Below are positions 1 through 10,744 of a DNA stretch of 33,028 bases, piece after piece. The notes under the pieces were generated by a model. It saw nothing but the letters and a program-made list of their open reading frames with translations. It did no database searches and had not been told where the DNA came from. The stretch is taken from NCBI GenBank assembly GCA_038087875.1, contig JAXLNO010000356.1, positions 124,001 through 157,028 of the forward strand, read 5' to 3'. The position numbers and the translations under genes are program-made. Source of the DNA: Malacoraja senta. Taxonomy: Eukaryota. Numbering within the stretch: the stretch's first letter is position 1; the number at the start of each line of letters is the position of its first letter.

Positions 1-37
1 AAAAATTTTTTTAAAAATTAAAAATAAATACTTCCCC

Positions 38-2988
38 CTAGTCCCATCTACCTGCACTCAGACCATAACCCTCCATTCCTTTCCCGTCCATATACCCATC
101 CAATCTATTTTTAAAGGATAACATCGAACCTGCCTCCACCACTTCCACTGGAAGCACATTCCACACAGCTACCACTCTCTGAGTAAAGAAGTTCCCCCTA
201 ATGTTCCCCCTAAACCTCTGTCCCTTAATTCTCAAGTCATGTCCCCTTGTTTGAATCTTCCCTACTCTCAATGGGAAAAGCTTATCCACGTCCACTCTGT
301 CTAACCCGCTCATAATTTTAAAGACCTCTATCAAGTCCCCTCTTAACCTTCTGCGCTCCAAAGAATAAAGACCTAACTTGTTCAACCTTTCTCTGTAACT
401 TAGTTGCTGAAACCCAGGCAACATTCTAGTAAATCTCCTCTGTACTCTCTCTATTTTGTTGACATCCTTCCTATAATTAGGCGACCAAAATTGTACTCCA
501 TACTCCAGAATTGGCCTCACCAATGCCTTGTACAATTTTAACATTACATCCCAACTTCTATATTCAATGCTCTGATTTATAAAGGCCAGCACATCAAAAG
601 ATTTCTTTACCACCCTATCTACATGAGATTCCACCTTCAGGGAACTATGCACAGTTATTCCTAGATCCCTCTGTTCAACTGCATTCCTCAATTCGCTACC
701 ATTTACCGTGTACGTCCTATTTTGATTTGTCCTGCCGAGATGTAGCACCTCACATTTGTCAGCATTAAACTCCATCTGCCATCTTTCAGCCCACTCTTCC
801 AAATGGCCTAAATCTCTCTGTAGACTTTGAAAATCTACTTCATTATCCACAACACCACCTATCTTAGTATCATCTGCATACTTACTAATCCAATTTTGCA
901 CACCATCATCCAGATCATTGATGTACATGACAAACAACAGGGGACCCAACACAGACCCCTGAGGCACCCCACTAGTCACCGGCCTCCAACCTGACAAACA
1001 GCCATCCACCATTACTCTCTGGCATCTCCCATTCAGCCACTGTTGAATCCATCTTGCTACTCCACCATTAATACCCAACAATTGAATCTTCTTAACCAAC
1101 CTTCCATGAGGAACCTTGTCAAAGGCCTTACTGAAGTCCATATAGACAACATCCACTGCTTTACCCTCATCAATTTCCCTAGTAACCTCTTCGAAAAATT
1201 CAAGAAGATTAGTCAAGCATGACCTTCCAGGCACAAATCCATGTTGACTGTTCCTAATCAGACCCTGCTTATCCAGATGCTTATATATATTTTAAAGTAT
1301 CCTTTCCATTAATTTGCCCACCACTGACGTCAAACTAACAGGTCTATAATTGCTAGGTTTACTCTTCGAACCCTTTTTAAACAACGGAACAACATGCGCA
1401 GTACGCCAATCCTCCGGCACTATTCCCGTTTCTAATGACATTTGAAATATTTCTGTCATAGCCCCTGCTATTTCTACACTAACTTCCCTCAATGTCCTAG
1501 GTAATATCCTGTCAGGACCTGGAGACTTATCCGTTTTCATATTTTTTAAAAGTGTCCGCACCTCCTCTTCTTTGAATCTCACAGTTTCCATTGCTACTCT
1601 GCTTGTTTCCCTTACCTCACATAATTCCATATCCTTCTCCTTCGTGAATACCGAAGAAAAGAAATTGTTCAATATCTCCCCCATCTCTTTTGGCTCTGCA
1701 GATAGCTGTCCACTCTGACTCTCTAATGGACCAATTTTATTCCTTGTTATCCTTTTGCTATTAATATAGCTGTAGAAACCCTTTGGATTTACTTTCACCT
1801 TACTTGCCAAAGCAACCTCATATCTTCTTTTAGCTTTTCTAATTTCTTTCTTAATATTCTTTTTACATTCTTTATACTCCTCAAGCACCTCATTTACTCC
1901 ATGCTGCCTATAATTATTGTAGATCTCTCTCTTTTTCCAAACCAAGTGTCCAATTTCCCTTGAAAACCATGGCTCTTTCCATTTTTTACTATTTCCTTTC
2001 AACCGAACAGGGACATAAAGATTCTGTACTCTTAAAATTTCACCCTTAACTGTCCTCCATTTTTCTTCTACATCCTTCCCATAAAACAACATGTCCCAAT
2101 TCACTCCTTTTAAATCCTTTCGCATCTCCTCAAAGTTAGCCTTTCTCCAAACAAAAATCTGAACCCTAGGTCCAGTTCTGACCCTCTCCATAATTATATT
2201 GAAACTAATGGTATTGTGATCACTGGACCCGAAGTGCTCCCCGACGCATACCTCCGCCACCTGCACTGTCTCATTTCCTAACAGGAGGTCCAGCACTGCC
2301 CCTTCTCTAGTAGGTACCTCTATGTATTGCTGCAAAAAACTATCTTGCACACATTTTACAAACTCCAAACCATCCAGCCCTTTTACAGAATGTGTTTCCC
2401 AGTCTATGTGTGGAATATTGAAATCTCCCACAATCACTACCTTGTGCTTACTACTAATATCTGCTATCTCCTTACATATTTGCTCTTCCAATTCTCGCTC
2501 CCCATTTGGCGGTCTATAATACACCCCTATAAGTGTTGCTACACCTTTCCCATTTCTCAGTTCCACCCAAATAGCCTCCCTAGACGAGCCCTCTAATCTA
2601 TCCTGCCAAAGCACTGCTGTAATATCTTCCTTGACAAGCAATGCAACACCCCCACCTCTTGCCCCTCCAATTCTATCACCCCTGAAGCAACGAAATCCTG
2701 GAATATTTATTTGCCAATCACAGCCCTCCTGCAACCATGTTTCACTGATCGCCACAACATCATACTTCCAGGTGTCAATCCAGGCTCTAAGCTCATCCAC
2801 CTTTCTTACAATGCTCCTAGCATTAAAATATACACATTTAAGAAACCCACCACCACTTATTCTCTGTTTATTATCTTTTTCTTCTTTCTCCCCTACATTT
2901 TGGGTCCGAGTGCTTCCCTTCTCTGCCTCCTGCCTCCCACATTTTCCACTAGCTTTCTCTATTTGAGTCCCTCCCCCCAACCGTTCTA
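38..2988 (-). pseudogene. CR1 ORF2 (APE endonuclease + reverse transcriptase) interrupted by a single in-frame TAA at 1294-1292
   Basis: ORFs 1292..3043 and 38..1234 share a frame; the junction reads MERIL*NIYKHLDKQGL. Confidence 0.92.
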
Positions 2989-3621
2989 GTTTAAAGTCTC
3001 CCCAGTAGCCTTTGCAAATCTCCCCGCCAGGATATTGGTCCACCTCGGGTTCAAGTGCAACCCGTCCTTTCTGTACAGGTCACACCTTCCCCAAAAGAGG
3101 TCCCAATGATCCAGAAATTTGAATCCCTGCCCGCTGCACCAGTTCCTCAGCCACGCATTTATCCTCCACCTCACTCCATTCCTACTCTCACCGTCGCATG
3201 GCACAGGTAGTAATCCTGAGATTGTTACCTTTGTAGTCCTTCTCCTTAACTCTCCTCCCAACTCCCTAAATTCTCCTTTCAAGACCTCTATTCTTTTTCT
3301 ACCTATGTCATTGGTACCTATATGTACCACAACCTCAGGCTCCTCTCCCTCCGATTTCAGGATATCTTGGACGCGTTCAGACACATCCCTGACCCTGGCA
3401 CCAGGGAGGCAAACTACCATCCGGGTCTCCTGACTGCGTCCACAGAATCGCCTATCCGACCCCCTAACCATAGAGTCCCCTATTACTATTGCCCTCCTCT
3501 TCTTTTCCCTACCCTTCTGAGCAATAGGGCTGGTCTCTTTGCCGGAGGCCCAGCCGCTGTTGCTACCCGCAGGAAGGCTGTCCCCCTCAACAGTACTCAA
3601 ACAGGAGTACTTATTTTCAAG
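2986..3621 (-). CDS. CR1 ORF1 C-terminal part, SGNH/GDSL esterase-like domain (N-terminus lost by 5' truncation)
   Basis: Motifs IVIGDSMVR, CLPGA, VHIGTND, DGLHLN; stop TAG at 2988-2986. Confidence 0.9.
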   Translation of the reverse strand, partial: LENKYSCLSTVEGDSLPAGSNSGWASGKETSPIAQKGREKKRRAIVIGDSMVRGSDRRFCGRSQETRMVVCLPGARVRDVSERVQDILKSEGEEPEVVVHIGTNDIGRKRIEVLKGEFRELGGELRRRTTKVTISGLLPVPCDGESRNGVRWRINAWLRNWCSGQGFKFLDHWDLFWGRCDLYRKDGLHLNPRWTNILAGRFAKATGETLN

Positions 3622-3886
3622 GTGTACAGACCCTCTGTCCCACCGAGTTCGTGCTGACCAACAATTGCCCGTACGCTCGTTCTACCTTACTAGGGCAAAT
3701 TACGGAGATCAATTAACCTACAAACCTACACTTCTTTGGGATGTGGAAGGAAACCACACCCGGGGAAAATTCACACATACACAGGGAGAACGTACAAACT
3801 CCATACAGACAACACCTGTAGCCAGGATCGAACCCGGGTCTCTGGCGTTGTGAGGCCTTAGCTTTACTGCTCCGCCACTGTGCCAC
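3622..3886 (-). mobile_element. tRNA-derived SINE (HE1/V-SINE type), 3' tail cut at the CR1 junction
   Basis: Minus strand GGCACAGTGGCGGAGCAG...GGGTTCGATCC (A/B boxes) followed by V-domain-like TATGGAGTTTGTACGTTCTCCC; homologous to the copies at 4478 and 10061. Confidence 0.85.
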
Positions 3887-4477
3887 CCGAAAGAGATGTC
3901 AAAGAGATATGGGAAACCAAGATCCTGACCTGGTATCAATGGACAATTACAACCCATCTGTATCATTGGTTGGATAGCGCTTGGGGATTCCTGGCTCAGG
4001 TGATTACTTGGCTTATTACAACACGTAAACACATTTCTAATGATGGTGAATTACCAGGCACAAGAGTCAAAGGACGGTTGACATTAATAGTTCTTTTAAA
4101 CCCTAACATTCAAGCACACTTAAATAACAGGGTAAAAATGAATTTTGCAGAAATTTGCTATCCAAATCAAATATTTATGCAAATTGTCTTTAATTTTATG
4201 CTGGCCTATAATTGACTGGCTTTCATTCTGTTGAAATATACTCAAAATTATTTTTTTTAGCACATTTGATATTGTTTAGCAGAGGAGCCATTCACTGTTT
4301 TATTAGCTAAAAGACATTGCTGTACACGACTCATTAAATCTAAAATTTTAAAAACATCAAACGGAACATGCAGTTTAGGAATGGGGTGGGAGCTATTGGA
4401 ATTTTATGATAATTTCATTCTTTTAGAATCCTATCGATTAGATGATAGAGGCACATGAAATTCATTTCAATTCAAAT

Positions 4478-4776
4478 GTTTAGCTTAGTTTAGAGATACA
4501 GCACAGAAACAGGCCCTTCGGTCCAACGGGTCCGCACCAACCAGCGATCCCCGCATATTAACACTATCCTACACACACTAGGGACAATTTTTACATTTAC
4601 CAATCCAATTTACCTGCATACCCGTACGTCTTTGGAGTGTGGGAGGAAACCGAAGATCTTGGAGAAAACCCACCTGGTCACTGGGAGAATGTACAAACTC
4701 CATACAGACAACACCTGTAGAACCCTGGCCTCTGCAGCTGCAAGAGCTGTAAGGCAGCAACTCTACCGCTGTGCCA
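4478..4776 (-). mobile_element. tRNA-derived SINE (HE1/V-SINE type) with CR1-like 3' tail; B-box region deleted
   Basis: V-domain and tail GGGCCTGTTTCTGTGCTGTATCTCTAAACTAAGCTAAAC on the minus strand; aligns with the 10061 copy. Confidence 0.88.
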
Positions 4777-4777
4777 T

Positions 4778-4809
4778 TGTATTGTATTGAATGTATTGAA
4801 TGTATTGAA
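4778..4809. repeat. Short tandem repeat (TGTATTGAA)n
   Basis: About three copies visible directly. Confidence 0.7.
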
Positions 4810-4967
4810 GCATACTTAGAGAGAATGGGAAGACTACTAACTGGTTGGGCATGGACTCTTGAAGATAGGTCCTTATTTGGCTGTCTTGATTTGGTTACCC
4901 TGAAATATGATTAATGAGTTGAATATCCAGAGACTGCTGTCTATTGAGTTATCAAATGTTATCAAAA

Positions 4968-5320
4968 AGGCCTGGATAGAGTGGATGTGGAGATGATGTT
5001 TCCACTAGTGGGAGAGTATAGGACCAGAGGTCATAGCTTCTGAATTAAAGGACATTCCTTTAGGAAGGAGATGAGGTGGAATTTCTTTAGTCAGAGGGTG
5101 GTAAATCTGGAATTTATTACCACAGAATGATGTGGAGGCCAATTCAATGGATATTTTAAGGTAGAGATTGACCGATTCTTGATTATTACGGGTGTCAGGG
5201 GTTATGGGGAGAAGGCACGCGAATGGGGTTTGGAGGGAGAGATAGATCAACCATGATTGAATGGTAGAGTAGGCTTGATGGGCTGAATGGCCTAATTCTG
5301 CTCCTATCACATGAAATGTG
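4968..5320 (+). mobile_element. CR1 3'-end fragment
   Basis: Degenerate GLDRVDVEMMFPLVGE.RTRGH...FFSQRVVNLWN and 3' UTR ending GGGCTGAATGGCCTAATTCTGCTCCTATC; same subfamily as 31462-32020. Confidence 0.88.
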
Positions 5321-5828
5321 AGCAGTGAAAATACAATAATGTACAATTGCTTTAATGCCCATTTGATGTTCACACCAGCTTTATGCTAGGGCATTATCAC
5401 AATAATTCCTGGTAAATTGTAATTTTAATAATTTTATTATGTTGTAATAATTTTCAATAAAATGTGGTGAAATTACAAGAAACATTGCAGTGGAATGGAA
5501 GACTCATTCTATTTTCTGCAGCCAACCTAAACAGTGAAGCTATTCTGTTTGAAATCATGTATTTGGTTGAAGATGGTTATTGCTTTGATACATTTCCAAC
5601 GAAAGATAGATATTGTGGTTGAAAAATCTTTAAAGATGAATGTTCCTCCAACATTAAAGGATTTTGTGACTGGACCAATTGAATTTCTTTGGTTTATGTG
5701 CACTTCAAATCTGTTATATGTTGCATCGCCTAGGACCAGCATCTGTGCCATTAAAAAGTGCTCAGAGTAGTCCAGCCATACGTTGCTGCATCGGGTCACA
5801 AGGCAAAAACCTCATCTGACTTGTGTTA

Positions 5829-5937
5829 TAAAGAACTGCTGATGCTGGTTTAAATTGAAGGTAGACACAAAATGCTGGAGTAACTCAGCAGGTGAGGCAG
5901 CATCTCTGGAGAGAAGGAATGGGCAACGTTTCGGGTT
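5829..5937 (-). mobile_element. Penelope-type pLTR/hammerhead repeat fragment (5' half of the ribozyme missing)
   Basis: Homologous to 7175-7300 and 7643-7741; flanked by 12-bp near-perfect direct repeat TGACTTGT(G/A)TTA at 5817-5828 and 5938-5949. Confidence 0.7.
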
Positions 5938-6186
5938 TGACTTGTATTACTTTGCTTTCTCCAATAAGTAATATTGAAAGCCACAAAAAGGGTTGCTGTG
6001 TTGTGCATGTTAATAAGCTAAGCACTGGATAGTTTGATTACTTGCTAAGTTTAATAGGAATACGTATTCTAACATTCATTTGACTGGCCGGCTTTCACAT
6101 AACAGAACTGACTCTTGCCTTGCTTTTGTTTTCTCTCCTGCCACAGAGTTTAACAACAGATGAGTTGACTTCAAGACACGGCCAAA

Positions 6187-6478
6187 ATGGCAGGCTCCTC
6201 CAGGGAACACGTGTCATACGTACGCCGGCGGAACCCTCAGCTTCGCTACACCTTGAGTCCTGAAAATTTGCAGAGCCTGGCTGCCCAGAGCACCAGGTCA
6301 GAGAACTTGAACTTGCACAGGGCAAACAGTGATACGGACCTGGTGACTTCGGACAGTCGCTCCAGCCTGACAGCTAGCATGTATGAGTACACACTTGGAC
6401 AAACACAGAATCTAATCATCTACTGGGATATTAAAGAAGAGGTGGACCCCACTGATTGGATTGGACTCTATCACATAG
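6187..6478 (+). CDS. HECW2: First coding exon of E3 ubiquitin ligase HECW2 (NEDL2); exon about 6147-6478, 292 coding nt, phase-1 intron follows
   Basis: Translation [34 protein letters not shown]...[53 protein letters not shown] matches the remembered vertebrate HECW2 N-terminus. Acceptor ttttctctcctgccacAG ends at 6146, Kozak AAAATGG, donor AG|GTAAAT at 6479. The next exon was not found in the window. Confidence 0.95.
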
Positions 6479-6818
6479 GTAAATAATGTTTCTGCATTAA
6501 CATCTTTATTTCAAAGCTCATGTGGGAAATTATTATGTACGTGTGGAAAGCTTTGTGCACAGTTTTTATTTTTAGCCTCTTGTGAATCTCTGGGAACTCC
6601 TGTGGGCACTGATTAAATCAATGGCGCAAGATGGGATGCCACCTTTTGTTGGGCCTTTCAGCAGCCATTCCACAGAGGGGGGGGGAGGGGCTTTCAAGCA
6701 AAGTCGCCAGTGTGCTCTCGTAAAGATGGATGTAGACAGCGTCATGGGAAAGGACAGAAGGGAGCATCGATAATCTGCCTCACAGACACTATCTCCACAA
6801 ACACAGAAAACTTGTGAT

Positions 6819-7307
6819 CATCACAAAAAGCAAGAGTAACCCAGCGGGCCAGGCAGCATATCTGGGGAAAAAAGAAAAAGCCAAGGCCAAGGTGGCCTTT
6901 CGGGTCAAGACCCTTCTTCAAACTGAGAGTCAGGGGAAAGGAAATGGAGAGATGTAGGTCGTGATGTAGAGAGATATAGAACAAATGAATGAAAGAAATG
7001 CAAAAAAGTAATGATGCTCAAGGAATTGGTCCATAACTCGTTATCACCTAGTCCACAGCCAACAATGATCTTTTTCTTTTATCATTGTTACTTTTTTGCA
7101 TATCTTTAATTATCTTGTTCTATATCTATTTATATCACCATTTACATCTCCCATTTCCCTTTCTCCGGGCTCGCAGTCTGAAGAAGGGTCTCGACCTGAT
7201 ACGTCACCCATTTCTGATCTCCAGAGATGCTGCCTGTCCTACCGTGTTACTCCAGCATTTTGTGTCTATCTTTGGTTTAAACTAGCATCTGCAGTTCCAG
7301 CTTGCAC
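6819..7307. mobile_element. Inverted pair of Penelope-type pLTR/hammerhead repeats (about 490-bp imperfect palindrome)
   Basis: 6969-7017 is the reverse complement of about 7084-7129; hammerhead-like cores at about 6893-6925 (-) and 7175-7210 (+); candidate TSD AAACTTGT(G/A)AT at 6808-6818 and 7308-7318. Confidence 0.75.
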
Positions 7308-7642
7308 AAACTTGTAATAGTGTTGAAGTAAATTTCCAGAGTTTTAATATATGAAAATTAACATAAAATAAGAAAGTAGTAGCTCTCCAACTTACAATAA
7401 GGAATAACTTTTCTCTCGGTACTTTTATAAAAGCTTGAACCAATTTTGTATGAAAAGACCAGATCCATCTGATTACAGTTATGAAAATGAATATAAAGAA
7501 GGCAGGTGCTTCATTTCCTGACTCCAGTGATTCACTGAATTGAATATGTTTGTGCCATTTCATACAATTACATCTTTCTGATGGGTGAGTTTGTTCAGTG
7601 AGTAATTCAGGAGGTGCCTCAGACTGCGTTGTTGCAAATCTG

Positions 7643-7741
7643 AGGTACACAAAAATGCTGGAGAAACTCAGCGGGTGCAGCAGCATCTATGGAGCGAAGG
7701 AAATAGGCCACGTTTCGGGCCGAAACCCTTCTTCAGACTCA
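7643..7741 (-). mobile_element. 99-bp hammerhead-ribozyme-bearing repeat (Penelope pLTR-derived) with 14-bp TSD
   Basis: Minus strand GTCTGAAGAAGGGTTTCGGCCCGAAACGTG; TSD TTGTTGCAAATCTG at 7629-7642 and 7742-7755. Confidence 0.8.
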
Positions 7742-8609
7742 TTGTTGCAAATCTGGTTTGTTGGGTTTGCTGCTTCTACTCGATAAGTAGCAACCTACAC
7801 TGGAAATGTGTGCGTACATATCATAGATGAGGATAACCTTTAGCTTACTAATGCTGCTGCCAAAGATCACTAGTAGATTTCTAAAAAGCGTGTTCCAAAA
7901 GATCACCGCTCAATAACAACAACTTGGTGGAGACATATGGTATGGGACTGTAGACTTCAAAGCAATTGATACCTAAAAAAATCATTTCTGTGCCAGGAGC
8001 TTAAGTCTGTGCATGGGTATACTGTAAAACAGCGCTCACAGGTTGCCTGTGCAGGCAGGTAAAATACTTGCAAGACTCTTTCCGAACTGTTACGACTAGT
8101 ATTTGATGACTAGCTCTCTGTAATTCTCTGGCTTAAACCAGATTTGATTGCAACCACCTTGTGGAAACTGGTTTGATTAGGTTTCTGACATTGCACAACA
8201 GACTGAACTATAAGCTGAATGTAGCCACTGTACTGACTTTAATGCGAATTACACTCTCTTACATTGGCATGCTGACAGGAATTTTATCCCAATGTTTATT
8301 TTTTCCTTCTACTTTATTTTTCTTTCCTTTTCATCTATCCAATCATCTTTTTTCTATTCTCTTTCCTAATCTCTTTCCTGCCTCTCCCCTTTTTTTTAAC
8401 CTCTTCTCCTCTTCCCCACCCACACGACATACCATTCACACCCTTTCTCTTGCCCAAGCCCTTCCTCAACCCCACTTGTCCTTTTGACAGCCACTTGACC
8501 TCGTCTCATCCCACTTTCCCACTTCCCGTTGTCCTCAAAGCTTTCCACCCCCGTTCTGCCGAAACTCCAACATTTCATCACTCATTCCTAATTTCTTCTT
8601 TTCTCTCCA

Positions 8610-9205
8610 CCTCCATAAGCAGAATGAAGGAAAAGATACAGCCTGCAGAATATAGTTCTCAGCACTGTAGCATAACAGTTCCAGAGGTAAAATCCAACGT
8701 TTGCAATGAGGTCGAGGAGAATCAGACTGTTGCTTCTGCAAGGACCATTCAGAAGCCTGAAAACAAAGGGGAAAAAAGCTGCTCTTGAATCTGGTCATGC
8801 GATCTTTCAAGTTTTTGCATCTTCTGTCCGATGGGAGCAGGGATAAGAAGGAATGACCAGGGTGGGGGAAGATCTTTGATTATTTTGGCTGCGTTTCCGA
8901 GACAGCATGAAGTGTAGATTAGCGAGTCTGGTCTTCGTGATGGGCTGGGTTACATCCACAACTCTCTGCATTTCCTTGTGGTCTCGGGCAGAGCTTTTTC
9001 CAAATCAAGCTGCAATACAACCTGAGAGTCTGCTTTGTCTGGTGTATCTGTAAAAGTTTGTAAGAGTCATTGGAGCCATGCAGAGTTTCCTCAGTCCTGC
9101 GAGTAAGCAGAGGCGTGGGTGTGCATTTTGGCTGTTGCTTCAATGTGGTTGATCCATAACAGATTGTTGGTAACATTAACACCAAGGAATCTGAAGCTCC
9201 CAACC
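8610..9205 (-). mobile_element. Rex1/Babar-like non-LTR retrotransposon, decayed 3' fragment
   Basis: The minus strand encodes degenerate SFRFLGVNVTNNLLW..HI..TAK, TLTNFYRYT, GCIAA, KEMQRVV, typical of the Rex1 RT C-terminal region. Confidence 0.7.
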
Positions 9206-10060
9206 TTGGTAGTTATTCAGCATCAACATCCTCATTGAATTCCTTGACTTAACCAAAACTCGCACTCTGAAATTCACTCAGAAATCACCTCCATCACGCG
9301 CGTGCTCGCTTGCCCACCAGCTCACATGCTTTCCCTCACCTCTCCACTTTGAGCAGTCCATCACCCTGCCTATCTCATGCATTCTCTTGCCATCTTTCCC
9401 TCTCTTCCTCTTCTCTCTTCTGACAACGCTCGTTTTCTCATTGTCTTACTCTCGTCCCATCCCTCTCTCAACATGGGCCTGCAATGCCGCCCTTATTATG
9501 TTCCCCAATCTTGCACTCCTCTGCTCTCCATATTTACTTGTTTTCGTTCATTCAAGAGCAGTGCAGCAGAAATGAATTTTTGTACGTGAATAACTCTGTT
9601 AATAAATTCAGAGCATGTAACAATAAGGCTTTTAATATAAAGATTCTGTCTTTTTATTGAATTAAAATCTTGTGTTTCAAACAACTGTTTGTCATGAAGC
9701 ACCAAAACTTTGCTACCCAATTATTCCATTTAAACTTACCAGCTGTTTGTTCCCCGGCTCCTTTTAAATTCATCAGTTTTTGTTTCCCACATTTTCTTTA
9801 AATTCTTTTTAATTGGTTCACTGAAATATTTATTATTCCACAGTGTAAGATGTTAATAAAGGTAAATAAAAGTGGGTTGGTGTATTTTATGTTAACATGC
9901 TTTTCAGGTGGTTAAAGCCACATAAAATGAATTAACATAGAGTCATACAGCATGGAACCAACATTTCCATCTTTTACTCCACATGTCCATGCTGACCAAG
10001 TTGCCCCATCTAAGCAATTCCCATTTGCTCGTGTTTGGCCCATATCCCTCTATATATTCC

Positions 10061-10363
10061 GGCACGGTGGCGCAGTGGTAGAGTTGCTGCCTTGCAGCGC
10101 TGGAGTCCCAGGTTCGATCCCGACTATGGGTGCTTGCTGTACAGAGTTTGTACGTAATCATTGAGATCGCGTGGGTTTTCTCCTAGATCTTCCGTTTCCT
10201 CCCACACTCCAAAGACGTACAGGTATGTAGGTTAATTGGCTTGTTGTATGCGTAAAATGTCCCTAGTGTGTGTAGGATAGTGTTAATGTGCGGGTGATCG
10301 CTGGTCGGCACGGACACGGTGGGCTGAAGGGCCTCTTTCTGAGCTGTATCTCTAAACTAAACT
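10061..10363 (+). mobile_element. Full-length tRNA-derived SINE (HE1/V-SINE type) nested in a CR1 fragment
   Basis: A box TGGCGCAGTGG 10068-10078, B box GGTTCGATCC 10111-10120, V-domain, tail GCTGTATCTCTAAACTAAACTA. Confidence 0.92.
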
Positions 10364-10379
10364 ATCCATGTATCTCGCC

Positions 10380-10411
<32 letters not shown>
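10380..10411. repeat. (TA)n microsatellite
   Basis: Seen directly; one CA interruption. Confidence 0.95.
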
Positions 10412-10744
10412 CTTTTAAATGTTGTTATTGCACCTGCCTCAACCACTTCCTCTGACAGCTTGTTCCACATACCCACCACCACCTGAACCTAATATTAACA
10501 TTTTGTTTCAGAGCACAGACATCCATATAAAAGAGCTTCTTAGATGAGGAGCTCCAAAAATATGATGCTGTGTCCAAGGAGATAAATCAACTTAATGGAA
10601 GGTGTGATCAAAGACTTGGTGGAATAAGTATATTTTGAAGAGAGCTTATAAGGGGGTTGGGAGAGGGGGTGGAAAGAGTTTATGGTCCTATGGTTTTGGA
10701 AGGGAACTTCATAGCACTGGGCATGACTAAATATAAACACAGGT

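Larger units (their letters stand above)
38..3621 (-). mobile_element. CR1-clade LINE, 5'-truncated within ORF1, near-intact; 3' UTR runs off the window edge
   Basis: SGNH-esterase ORF1 followed by an APE endonuclease + RT ORF2 with typical CR1 motifs (FNARS, SETWL, GDFN, SDH, KAFDKVPH, GVPQGSVLGP, YADD, LERRRLRGDLIE, FFTQRVV). Confidence 0.95.
9936..10485 (-). mobile_element. CR1 3'-end fragment interrupted by a SINE and a (TA)n tract
   Basis: Minus strand VVGMWNKLSEEVVEAGAITTFKR...EGYGPN..KW and 3' UTR tail ...ATGCTGTATGACTCTATG. Confidence 0.8.

Noticed and set aside
1..37. A/T-rich run after the CR1 stop as a polyA tail or separate insertion
   Set aside because: Cut by the window edge; cannot be interpreted.
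2322..3853. Plus-strand ORFs over the CR1
   Set aside because: Antisense shadows of the CR1 coding frames with no independent evidence.
6479..6486. HECW2 ORF ending at 6486 as a 99-aa protein
   Set aside because: The last residues read into the intron past the GT donor at 6479.
5829..7741. CRISPR-like array from recurring short repeats
   Set aside because: The repeats are dispersed, in both orientations, irregularly spaced and TSD-flanked; there are no cas genes.
10061..10135. tRNA gene
   Set aside because: The A/B boxes belong to a SINE head; there is no full cloverleaf and the sequence continues into the V-domain and LINE tail.
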